Source of the DNA: a virus
Length of the DNA stretch: 64,000 nt
IMG/VR virus record: IMGVR_UViG_3300028831_000232
Coordinates: 27,244-91,243 of that record
Reading direction: 5' to 3' (one strand)
Shown: in pieces, positions 35,792-43,694 of the stretch
How positions within the stretch are numbered: position 1 is the stretch's first letter
How the letters are laid out: each line of letters starts with the position of its first letter
Program-made: the position numbers and the translations under genes
The notes under the pieces: generated by a model
What the model was told of the DNA's origin: nothing
Seen by the model: the letters and a program-made list of their open reading frames with translations, nothing else
Databases searched by the model: none

Positions 35792-36283
35792 TCACCGACC
35801 CATCCCACGCAGCCCGAATTCACGCCGCCGGCCGATCCGCACGTTGTCGGAAAAGGCCAGAGGCCCGATGGGCGGGGTCTTCCCGCCGACCTTCACCGGA
35901 GCGGTCCCCTTGGCCGTGGTCACGGCCGACTGCTTCGACGGGACCTTCGGCGGCTTGGCCGGGTTGTTCTTGCTGGCCCTCGTGACCTGCGCCCGCCCGA
36001 TCCAGAAATCATGCGGTTCGGGCTTGATGCCGGCATCAAAATTCAGCAGGCCGACCTGGCCGGCTCGGGGCATGAAGTAGGTGTACCGCTTTCCGGCGGG
36101 CCGGTCGGTGAACCGGATCGTCTGAAGATCGACCGAGACATAGGCGCAGTCGATCCCCTTCTCGGCACAGGCAACCCGCACCGCATCGGCGTACATGCAG
36201 TGCCCGGAATCCTTCGGAATAGCGGCATCTCTGATTTCCTCGGTGACAACGAGGTGCAGGCGCGGTGAGCTGTGGACGGCCAT
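35792..36283 (-). CDS. Hypothetical protein
   Basis: AAGGAG RBS; DSGHCMYADA, SVDLQTIRFTD. Confidence 0.7.
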   Translation of the reverse strand: MAVHSSPRLHLVVTEEIRDAAIPKDSGHCMYADAVRVACAEKGIDCAYVSVDLQTIRFTDRPAGKRYTYFMPRAGQVGLLNFDAGIKPEPHDFWIGRAQVTRASKNNPAKPPKVPSKQSAVTTAKGTAPVKVGGKTPPIGPLAFSDNVRIGRRREFGLRGMGR

Positions 36284-36315
36284 CCGTTCTCCTTGTTCGT
36301 GACCCGATGACCGGC

Positions 36316-36344
36316 ATTCTGAGGACCCGCTTCCGGGTCGTCAA
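36316..36344 (-). promoter_or_regulatory. Sigma70-type promoter
   Basis: TTGACG-17 nt-CAGAAT upstream of 36283; spacer contains ACCCG/CGGGT inverted repeat. Confidence 0.55.
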
Positions 36345-36491
36345 CCAGCTCCGCACAGAAGTGGAAGGCATGAAATTCAACCCTCGGTGGCAAGGGTCAC
36401 CGACAAGGATCCCGCACTGATCGTCCTGAGACTTCCCTGGACATCTGGAGTTTTTCGTCGGCTGCGGAGCGTGAAAAGTGTAAGGCCCAGA

Positions 36492-36665
36492 TTATTTTTG
36501 GGCACAGAGATGCCCCGCCCACACCGCCTCGACTTCGCTCTCGGGGGCGTCGCCTGACCATTTCCAGCCGCAGCTGCACCACAGTTTGACCGACTTCCCG
36601 ATCCGGCCCCAGCCCCGGCGGTGATGAATTCGGGGTCGCTCGGGCTTCAGCCGGCGCACGGTCAT
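36492..36665 (-). CDS. Small zinc-finger protein
   Basis: Hand translation MTVRRLKPER...H...WCSCGW...WAGHL; ATGA coupled. Confidence 0.6.
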   Translation of the reverse strand: MTVRRLKPERPRIHHRRGWGRIGKSVKLWCSCGWKWSGDAPESEVEAVWAGHLCAQK

Positions 36666-36934
36666 GTCTGGGTCTGCCCGTCCACGTTGGGGCTGTTATT
36701 CGTTATGAGGTAAGTCGCCGCCAGGAACTCACCGACCTCCCGGCATTTCTGGGCCTGCTGACGCAGATCGCTGCCGAGGTGGTCCCAGTCCTTCTCGGCA
36801 TCCTTCACGAACTCGTCAAGGATTACGGCGGCCAGCAGCAGGCTTCGGGCGTCGTTTTCCAGGCCCACCTTCTGCAAGAACGCCCGGCAGGCGCCGTATT
36901 CGTCCGGCGGCACCTTCTCGTGGAGCACACTCAT
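36662..36934 (-). CDS. Hypothetical protein, C-terminal VDGQTQ tag
   Basis: GGGAGG RBS; ends NVDGQTQT. Confidence 0.65.
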   Translation of the reverse strand: MSVLHEKVPPDEYGACRAFLQKVGLENDARSLLLAAVILDEFVKDAEKDWDHLGSDLRQQAQKCREVGEFLAATYLITNNSPNVDGQTQT

Positions 36935-36965
36935 CTATTCCTCCCACCACGGCGAAAAGTCTTGG

Positions 36966-37322
36966 TCACAGGTAATCCTCCAGAGCCGCTTCGACAATGG
37001 CGGAAATCGTCACCCGGTCATCCACGCTCCGGTAGCGCAATTTCCGGTCCAGCTCGGTGGGGAGGTACACGCTGACCTTCACCCGCCGCCCGTCCTTTTC
37101 CGCCGGCCCAGCTGCCGAATTCTTTTTCGGCAGGGCGGGTTCCTCGTCCTCATCCCCTAAATAGCCGATGGCTCCCCGACGTTTATTCGCTCCACTGTCC
37201 TCGGGGGGTGCCTCTTTTTCTCCCCCGTCTGCCGGCCAACCCTCCTTCACGATCCTCTTGACCACTGTCTGTCTCCTCGTCTCCTTGTCTCCCATATCAT
37301 TCGTCACCATATCACCGGCCAC
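36966..37322 (-). CDS. Ribbon-helix-helix (CopG/ParG-like) DNA-binding protein
   Basis: Disordered N-terminus; KVSVYLPTELDRKLRY...TISAIVEAALEDYL; start uncertain. Confidence 0.7.
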   Translation of the reverse strand: MAGDMVTNDMGDKETRRQTVVKRIVKEGWPADGGEKEAPPEDSGANKRRGAIGYLGDEDEEPALPKKNSAAGPAEKDGRRVKVSVYLPTELDRKLRYRSVDDRVTISAIVEAALEDYL

Positions 37323-37450
37323 TGTGGCCCGCTGATGCCGTCAAATCACCCGGCTGGACAGGCCCACCCACCCGGCCAGGGGGCACTTAAGGGTGCCCGG
37401 CCTCGGCCTCCAGCGTTATTCTCTCGGCTGCTGCGCTGCCGCTCGATGGA

Positions 37451-37565
37451 GGCCCAGAACCCTTATGGCACAAGGGGTTTGGGCCTGCGTTGCAGCGCTC
37501 ATCGTTGCACAGCAGCGTTCATCGCCGCATGCGTGGCCCAGAACCCTTATGGGACAAGGGTTCTG
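37451..37565. repeat. Two direct repeats, each a hairpin
   Basis: GGCCCAGAACCCTTATGG at 37451 and 37535; second copy has perfect CAGAACCCTT/AAGGGTTCTG arms. Confidence 0.8.
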
Positions 37566-37740
37566 AGGCTGCGAGGGGCAGCAATGCAGCACGCAGTGCA
37601 GCAGCGCAGCGAATTACCGACCACGAGGGCGTAGCCCGAGGCAGGCGGCTGGCTGGGGGGCCTGGTGGAGCGGAGAATGTGGGATGGGCTGAGTTGATCA
37701 CGCCTATATGGCAGAGGTAGTGGAGGAGCATACGCACGTC

Positions 37741-37820
37741 CCTCACCCCGAATTTCCTCGTGCGGGGTGTTCCATAGACCATGGTTCATGGACAATGACG
37801 TACGTCCTCACCCCGAATTT
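37741..37820. repeat. 15-bp direct repeat pair
   Basis: CCTCACCCCGAATTT at 37741 and 37806. Confidence 0.75.
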
Positions 37821-37868
37821 TGCCGTATGGGCGGCTGTTGCAGGGCCGAATTGGCGTACGGTGGGGGG

Positions 37869-38402
37869 ATGAACCGTGTCGTTGTCGCTCTGCTCCTTGG
37901 CCTTTTATTCATTCCGCCGGCCCAGGCTGGTACGGTGCCCGTCCATTGGCGCCGGGGTAATCATCCGTTGGTCATCACCGTCTACGACCAGACGGCCGAC
38001 TCCTTGTGGGACCACGCCCTCCGTAAATTGACCGGGGAGTGGAACGCCGGTATCCACCACATCGCCTTCGTCATCTCCCTCGCCCCCGCCGATTGCGGTA
38101 CCGGAGCTGGCGCCTTCTCGGTGGTGGTCTGCATACGCCAGAACCGCGATCCCAACCACGTCGGGGAGACGGCGCTGTACTCCGACGGGGAGCACATCAC
38201 CTACGCCCTCATCTGGATGGACCCCCGGCCCCACCCCGCCATGGCGCACCTCGCCTGCCACGAATTGGGCCATGCGCTGGGCGTGGCCCATCGGCCGGCG
38301 GGGGCCAAGAGCTGCATGGTGGACGGCTACGTAGAGAAGGTCGAGCACCCCGATCAGGCCGACTTCGACGGGGTCAGCTTGGCCTACAGCCACGTCCATT
38401 AG
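37869..38402 (+). CDS. Secreted matrixin-like zinc metalloprotease
   Basis: Signal peptide MNRVVVALLLGLLFIPPAQA; HELGHALGVAH; Met-turn SCM. Confidence 0.8.
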   Translation: MNRVVVALLLGLLFIPPAQAGTVPVHWRRGNHPLVITVYDQTADSLWDHALRKLTGEWNAGIHHIAFVISLAPADCGTGAGAFSVVVCIRQNRDPNHVGETALYSDGEHITYALIWMDPRPHPAMAHLACHELGHALGVAHRPAGAKSCMVDGYVEKVEHPDQADFDGVSLAYSHVH

Positions 38403-38455
38403 CCCTATCCTTGGCCCGAAATAGCCGCCACTCGGGAGGGGGCGACGCCAGCACT

Positions 38456-38656
38456 ATGCGGTGCATGCGTTGTGGGGCCAAGGGAATTGGCGATGTCGTC
38501 GTCGGTGAATTGGAGCTGGGCGACGGTAAGCTGGGGACCCGAATTCGAGAGCTGTGCGAGAGGTGCGTGGAGGATGAGGGATCTCTGGATGTCCTGGTGC
38601 GACATCTTGGGCGGTTGCCTCTGGGCCGCAATTTCATTGATGCGAAGCTGGGTTGA
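38456..38656 (+). CDS. Small zinc-finger protein
   Basis: CMRC...CERC. Confidence 0.5.
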   Translation: MRCMRCGAKGIGDVVVGELELGDGKLGTRIRELCERCVEDEGSLDVLVRHLGRLPLGRNFIDAKLG

Positions 38657-38659
38657 GTC

Positions 38660-38860
38660 ATGGACATAGAGCTGGAGCACGTCCAGGTCATCAGGCCCCT
38701 GCCCGGTGACGTGATCGTCTACAACACCGAGGCCCGGTTATCCGCCGGCCGGGTGGCCCAGATCACACAGCAGCTGCGTCAGCTCTTCCCCGACAACCTG
38801 ATCGGCATCCTCGATGCCGGCGCCCGGCTGGTGATCGTGAGGGCCGATGAGGAGGGCTGA
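38660..38860 (+). CDS. Hypothetical protein
   Basis: 66 aa in operon. Confidence 0.6.
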   Translation: MDIELEHVQVIRPLPGDVIVYNTEARLSAGRVAQITQQLRQLFPDNLIGILDAGARLVIVRADEEG

Positions 38861-39227
38861 ATTCGCCGCCGGCCATCACCAGCTGGTGGCGAAGGACTAC
38901 GAGGGCGAGGTCGGTAATCCACAACACATCACCCGCCGGGAAGAAGGCCATGTACCGACCGCCGCCATCGCCGGCCTGGGTGGAGTGCGAGGTGAAGCGC
39001 CCGGCGCACACCGCAATAGGCAGGGGCCGGCCTGGGAGAAATTCAAGGACGACATCGCCGCACGCGGCATCCAGAACCCGATCTTCATCACCGTCGATCA
39101 CGGCGACGAGCCGAAGATCAGCGAGGGCAACCACCGCCGGGATGCGGCCGTGGAATTGGGCATGAGCCACGTCCCGGTGGAGATCCGCTACTTCGGGCAC
39201 GCCGAACGCGACAGACTGGTGCGGTGA
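38847..39227 (+). CDS. ParB/Srx-like N-terminal domain protein
   Basis: DIAARGIQNPI...EGNHRRDAA..LG..HVPV. Confidence 0.75.
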   Translation: MRRAEFAAGHHQLVAKDYEGEVGNPQHITRREEGHVPTAAIAGLGGVRGEAPGAHRNRQGPAWEKFKDDIAARGIQNPIFITVDHGDEPKISEGNHRRDAAVELGMSHVPVEIRYFGHAERDRLVR

Positions 39228-39403
39228 TCCCCGGCTCGATGACCGACCGCATGACCAAGGCCGACGCCGACGCCCTCACCGAGGACATCGCCCGCGGCGC
39301 TTTCCTGGCCTGGGAATTCCGGGCCATGATGCGGAAGTACTCGTGGTGGACGGCCATCCGCAAAGCCGACCGGCGCCGGCCGGGCGTACGGAGGATCGAT
39401 TGA
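39224..39403 (+). CDS. Hypothetical protein
   Basis: Hand translation; GTGA coupled. Confidence 0.45.
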   Translation: MIPGSMTDRMTKADADALTEDIARGAFLAWEFRAMMRKYSWWTAIRKADRRRPGVRRID

Positions 39404-39606
39404 AGCTCCCTGACCCCGAACCGACATTCATGATCCGGTTCCACGCCACCATGATGGCCGTCTGGGCGCTGCTCCTCGTGCCCACCCTGGTGTGGTGGAA
39501 GGAATCGATCCTCTGGGTGGCAGCCATGTCGCTCTACGCCAACTTCGCCGCTCACTTCGCCGCCTACGACGCAGCGCGGGCCGAGCGCTCCAACGGGGAG
39601 GGATAG
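39400..39606 (+). CDS. Small membrane protein
   Basis: VWALLLVPTLVWWKESILWVAAMSLYAN. Confidence 0.65.
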   Translation: MKLPDPEPTFMIRFHATMMAVWALLLVPTLVWWKESILWVAAMSLYANFAAHFAAYDAARAERSNGEG

Positions 39607-39717
39607 ATGGCCGGCATCAACCTCGTGGCCCTGTCTGTGGTAGTTGTCATCGGCCTCATCCTGCTGGCCCTGTTCGAGGAGCTGTCGGCCCGGTGGACGA
39701 AGAAGATGAAGAGGTAG
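39607..39717 (+). CDS. Small membrane protein
   Basis: GGAGGG RBS; single TM. Confidence 0.5.
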   Translation: MAGINLVALSVVVVIGLILLALFEELSARWTKKMKR

Positions 39718-39859
39718 AGCTGGGCTGCACCTCCCTCGTCATCCTGGCCCTGCTTATGGCCGCTCTGCTGGGATTCTGCCTGTGGCGCACCCTCGACGCC
39801 CTCACCACCAGCCCGGACTACACCACCACCTCCACCCGGCCCCGGTAGGATCGACGGCC

Positions 39860-40504
39860 ATGGAGATGACTCTCGGACGCCACCAGGAGCACGATCCCGC
39901 CTCCCGCAACTACCCGGCCGCCATGGCGACGCACCTCCATGACGTGAGCTGGACGTACCACGGTGCCGTGCTCGACCAGGGCGAGGTCGGCAGCTGCACC
40001 GGTAACGCCGCCGTCGAGGTGCTGATGACCGGGCCGTACTACGACCACCTCCAGCACGTCTACACCGAGGACGACGCTCTCAAGGTCTACGAGCGCGCCA
40101 CGCAGATCGACCGGATCCCCGGCCGTTACCCGCCCACCGACACCGGCAGCTCGGGTCTGGCGGTGATGAAGGCGTGCCGGGAATTCGCCTGGATCACCGC
40201 CTACCACCATTGCTTCAGCCTGGATGCGGCCCTGCGGGCGCTCATGCTCGGCCCCGTCATCACCGGGGTGGTGTGGTACGAGTCCATGTTCAAGCCCGAC
40301 TCCGACGGCACCGTCCATATCGCCGGCTCCATTGCCGGCGGGCACGAATTCACGGTGCTGGGCTATGACTCCAAGCGCGAGGCCGTGCGCTGCCTCAACC
40401 ACTGGACGCCCCAGTGGGGGGACGGCGGCTATTTCTGGCTCAAGGCGGCCGACTGGAACACGCTGCTCCACCAGCACGGCGATGTCACCGTCCCGGTGAC
40501 CTAA
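39860..40504 (+). CDS. Papain-like (C1) cysteine peptidase
   Basis: LDQGEVGSCTG, GGHEF..LGYD, CLNHW...WG..GY. Confidence 0.85.
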   Translation: MEMTLGRHQEHDPASRNYPAAMATHLHDVSWTYHGAVLDQGEVGSCTGNAAVEVLMTGPYYDHLQHVYTEDDALKVYERATQIDRIPGRYPPTDTGSSGLAVMKACREFAWITAYHHCFSLDAALRALMLGPVITGVVWYESMFKPDSDGTVHIAGSIAGGHEFTVLGYDSKREAVRCLNHWTPQWGDGGYFWLKAADWNTLLHQHGDVTVPVT

Positions 40505-40513
40505 GATCGGGCC

Positions 40514-40723
40514 ATGGCCGACGAGGATCGCAACGCCGCTCAGTCCAGTGAGGCCCGGCAATTCACGCCGCTGCCCCAGGGTCCCCAGGGTCGGCCCCAG
40601 CCGGTACGGCCCTTCGCTCGTCACCGCATCATCTCCAACGACCAGTTCGGCCAGGTGACCATCCCTGACCCGGTACGGCGTTCCACCCCCGAGATGGGCG
40701 AGGTCTGGCAGGGCCAGCAATAG
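40514..40723 (+). CDS. Hypothetical protein
   Basis: 69 aa, Pro/Gln-rich. Confidence 0.5.
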   Translation: MADEDRNAAQSSEARQFTPLPQGPQGRPQPVRPFARHRIISNDQFGQVTIPDPVRRSTPEMGEVWQGQQ

Positions 40724-40784
40724 CCGGACTCAGCGCGGCGGTGGATCGCAGTGGTAGGGCAGGCTCTTGATCACGCAGAGCAGG

Positions 40785-40886
40785 TCAGGCGGCGTCGCAG
40801 CAATGGTGCTTACGGCCGCAACGAGGGCACAGCCAGCGAGTAGCAATCGGATCGAACGCATAGCCGCACTCCTCGCAGCAGATCAT
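40785..40886 (-). CDS. Small zinc-ribbon protein
   Basis: MICCEECGY...WLCPRCG..HCCD; TGATG coupled. Confidence 0.6.
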   Translation of the reverse strand: MICCEECGYAFDPIATRWLCPRCGRKHHCCDAA

Positions 40887-41086
40887 CAGCCGGCCTGCTT
40901 TCGCTTGTACTTCTTCAGCCAGTCGTTGTGCGCGACGCAGGCGGCCTCGGCCAGCTGGGCCGTGTCCATGATCCCGATCACCACATCGAACTCGTCGTCG
41001 CGGGCATGCTCGGCACCACCCTTGCCCAGCACGGCGTAGACGGTCCTGCCCACGCTGCCACCCGAGCGCCAAGGATGGAGCAACAT
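40886..41086 (-). CDS. Actinophage hypothetical protein
   Basis: WRSGGSVGRTVYA...IGIMDT..LA....AHN. Confidence 0.65.
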   Translation of the reverse strand: MLLHPWRSGGSVGRTVYAVLGKGGAEHARDDEFDVVIGIMDTAQLAEAACVAHNDWLKKYKRKQAG

Positions 41087-41124
41087 GCGGAGGCTGGCCT
41101 GGGCGTCGCGGGAATCATGCTGAT

Positions 41125-41403
41125 TCACGCCCTGATCGTACGCTTCACCTTGCGCTCGGGCCGTGGACCCACATCGCCGCCGTAGGCCGCAGCATGGGCG
41201 TCCTCGACCTCGGCCGGCTTGGGCTGGGAGACGCCACCCTTCAGGCCGTGGGTGCGCGTCCATTCAGCCCAGATCTCGTTGACGGTGTTCTGGAGCTGGT
41301 TGATCTTGTAGAGCGTCTGGGTGGCGGCCAGCTTGGCCTCCACGATGTAGCTCTCGATGGTGCCCATCAGCTCCAGCATTTCCTGCTCGCGCTCGTCAGC
41401 CAT
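41125..41403 (-). CDS. Coiled-coil hypothetical protein
   Basis: MADEREQEML... Confidence 0.6.
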   Translation of the reverse strand: MADEREQEMLELMGTIESYIVEAKLAATQTLYKINQLQNTVNEIWAEWTRTHGLKGGVSQPKPAEVEDAHAAAYGGDVGPRPERKVKRTIRA

Positions 41404-41446
41404 CGTCAACCTCTTCCCGTCGAGCAGTCCAGTGGCCCACTCCACA

Positions 41447-41605
41447 TCAATTCCGCCCGGCCATGCCGGCCATGCGGTTCTTCGCCAGCCGGCTGTTCTC
41501 GCAGGAGATATGGACGACGACCTGGACCCAGCCCTCCCCGTCGAAGAGCCAGCCCACCACCGTCCGGCCCGCCCGCCCGCAGATCTCGCACCGGTCGTCC
41601 ATCAC
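41447..41605 (-). CDS. Small Cys/His protein
   Basis: CEICG...HISC; GTGA coupled to the MTase. Confidence 0.5.
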   Translation of the reverse strand: MMDDRCEICGRAGRTVVGWLFDGEGWVQVVVHISCENSRLAKNRMAGMAGRN

Positions 41606-42270
41606 GCGCTCCCCTTCTCCAGCTGGAGGATGACCTCCACATCGACTCGCACTTTGCCATTTTCGCCGTAGCCGTTGCGAGGGGTTTTCACCTCGTGGGT
41701 GTCGGCCAGGATGAAGCCGATGGACTCACAGATCGAGGCGTGGGTGTCCACCACGTCGATGCGGCGGTGGTCATGGATGCAGTCGGAGATGTCGAGGAAG
41801 AAAACGGCGCCGGCCTTGAGCACCCTGTGCAGCTCCCGCCATGCCTTGTGGTGGAACCGCCAATAGGCCGGCTGCCAGGCATACAGGGTGCCGGCATTGT
41901 CGGGATCCAGCCTACGTTCAGGATTTCCGGTCAGCCGGCGCAGGTCATGGGTGTAGGAGCGCCTGAGCGACCCGTCCTTGGCCTTGTGGCTGTCGCTCAT
42001 GCGATTTCCGAAGACCGGTGAGGTCACGGCCCCGTCGAAGCTCTCCGGGCCAAAGGGCAGGGCCAGGGCATTTCCCAAAATTGTTTCGGGGTGCATGGCC
42101 GCCCACTCTGGTTCGATTTCCACTCCCACCGTGCGCCGGCCGGTGCAGGCCAGCTGGTGGACTTTTCCGGTCCCAGCAAAGGGATCGAGGATCACGCCCA
42201 TGGGCAGGAGGTCGCTGTTGCCGAGGTACCGGAGGATCGCATCTGAAAACACAGCCGGGTGATTCCTCAC
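41602..42270 (-). CDS. Amino (N4C/N6A) DNA methyltransferase
   Basis: SAM motif ILDPFAGTG; catalytic-like VTSPVF; ELHRVLK. Confidence 0.8.
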   Translation of the reverse strand: MRNHPAVFSDAILRYLGNSDLLPMGVILDPFAGTGKVHQLACTGRRTVGVEIEPEWAAMHPETILGNALALPFGPESFDGAVTSPVFGNRMSDSHKAKDGSLRRSYTHDLRRLTGNPERRLDPDNAGTLYAWQPAYWRFHHKAWRELHRVLKAGAVFFLDISDCIHDHRRIDVVDTHASICESIGFILADTHEVKTPRNGYGENGKVRVDVEVILQLEKGSA

Positions 42271-42479
42271 TTCGCACGCCCCGAAAAATTGGTTTACCCG
42301 AGGTTTTTAGGGTAGCAATGGTGCTGCCTCCTGCAAAACGACCGGGAAGCCGAGAAGCCACCGGGCAGGTGTGGGAGGGTACGTCGGGCGGCGGGCAGTC
42401 GAGCTGATGGGTCCCGAGCCTCGGCTCCTGCCCGCCCCCAACGTTTACTGCCCCCCAAGCCTATTCCCCAAGCGGTCCT

Positions 42480-42578
42480 CCCTGTATGAGTGCGGGGACA
42501 TGCGCTTGGAAAGGCTGGAAAGTGGCTGGTCAGCATGCTTTTTTCGCGCCCAGCGCATGTCCCCGCACTCATACAGGG
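42480..42578. repeat. 27-bp perfect inverted repeat around a 45-bp spacer
   Basis: CCCTGTATGAGTGCGGGGACATGCGCT (42480-42506) and its reverse complement (42552-42578). Confidence 0.9.
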
Positions 42579-42728
42579 CCTCAAGAAGAGTCGTTTTCAG
42601 AAACCTCCGGGGTGGTGTTCTGATGCCATTCGGAATGGATCGCCATGTAGCTGAACCACACCGCCGCCCCACAGCGCGTGCAGGCCAGCCAATTCCCGTC
42701 GAGCACGTCGTACTCCGACGGAATTTCC

Positions 42729-43061
42729 TCAGCCACGCTTGCCGCCGAAATAGGGCACGGCGTGGCCGGCCTCGATCATGAGCACGTTGAGGTTCTCGCT
42801 GCCCAGCCACAGCGTGGCGAGGTAGCGGCCGTATTTCTCCCGCCGGTCCTTCGTGGTGGCGACGATGATCTCGTCATGACCGGCCAGCTGCTCGGTCAGC
42901 CAGGCGGTGGCCGCATCACCCTCGGGCGTGCCGTGCTCGGGAGCGTCAAGGCCGGCCAGGCGGAAGCTGTCCTGGCGTCGCACGTCGAAGCCCAGATCCA
43001 CGTCGAGGTGGAGCGTGTCCCCATCCACGATCCGAATTACCTTGGCCCGGTACTCGTACAC
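42729..43061 (-). CDS. Thermonuclease (SNase-like)
   Basis: VDGDT, RLAGLDAPE, EKYGRYLA. Confidence 0.88.
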   Translation of the reverse strand: MYEYRAKVIRIVDGDTLHLDVDLGFDVRRQDSFRLAGLDAPEHGTPEGDAATAWLTEQLAGHDEIIVATTKDRREKYGRYLATLWLGSENLNVLMIEAGHAVPYFGGKRG

Positions 43062-43103
43062 GCATTCCCCCTTGTCGGTGGCTGAGATGGAAGCGTAGGC
43101 TGC

Positions 43104-43132
43104 GACCCGAATGTGATGCGCCCATTCGGGTC
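43104..43132. repeat. 10-bp perfect inverted repeat
   Basis: GACCCGAATG-9 nt-CATTCGGGTC upstream of the nuclease. Confidence 0.7.
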
Positions 43133-43365
43133 ATGCCGGACTTGGGACCGGTTTTCTCGAAGGTTCACTGCCAGCACTGGTGGGCGCAGGTGATCTGGCC
43201 GGGAGCCGCTCCCTAGATTCCGCGTGGCGTGTCAGCCGTCACCGCAGAGCGGCCCAGCTGACAATCGAGGCCCTGGTGGGCTGATGGGGGAGGAAACCGG
43301 CAGAGCTGGCGCCCTTCCCCGAAAATTCCACCAGGGCCTCTCCAATTCGGCTTTACCCTGGGGGC

Positions 43366-43587
43366 GTGGACGACGAATACGATGCCCTCATGGCTGAAGC
43401 GCTGAACCAGAACCAGTTCAGGCCGGGCGAGGGCTACACGCCGTCGCTGCCGGCCAAGGGCATCTCCCACTTCACCTGCACGAGCTGCGGCTCGCGCTAC
43501 GTGGCGCCGGTCAAGATTGACCCGGCCATCACCATGATCTCGAACTGCCGCAACCGAGGGTGTCCCGGCCCGGTGGTGCGGACGTAG
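43366..43587 (+). CDS. Small zinc-ribbon protein
   Basis: CTSCG...CRNRGC. Confidence 0.55.
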   Translation: MDDEYDALMAEALNQNQFRPGEGYTPSLPAKGISHFTCTSCGSRYVAPVKIDPAITMISNCRNRGCPGPVVRT

Positions 43588-43590
43588 GCT

Positions 43591-43649
43591 GTCACCGAGC
43601 GAGGGGGACCGGGAGTCACACACCGGCAGTCCCCCTCACTCGCCGTGAC
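43591..43649. terminator. Long imperfect hairpin between convergent genes
   Basis: GTCAC-CGAG..AGGGGGA pairs with TCCCCCT..CTCG..GTGAC. Confidence 0.45.
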
Positions 43650-43694
43650 GCTCAGAAGCGTTTTCCCAGCTGACACCAGTGTCAAGCCCTCAAG

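Noticed and set aside
36662-36685. Similarity of GQTQT to the dynein light chain LC8-binding TQT motif
   Set aside because: LC8 is eukaryotic and only one of the eight tags has TQT.
37451-37820. CRISPR array
   Set aside because: Only pairs of repeats of two different types; no third unit and no cas operon. The Cas4-like domain is in a recombination context.
40735-40800. tRNA-like start (GCAGTGGTAGGGC)
   Set aside because: No acceptor stem, anticodon arm or TTCGA T-loop; overlaps a small ORF.
43020-43034. VDGDT in the thermonuclease resembling the DGxTQ tag
   Set aside because: It is the N-terminal catalytic motif of SNase, followed by Leu, so it is not counted as a tag.
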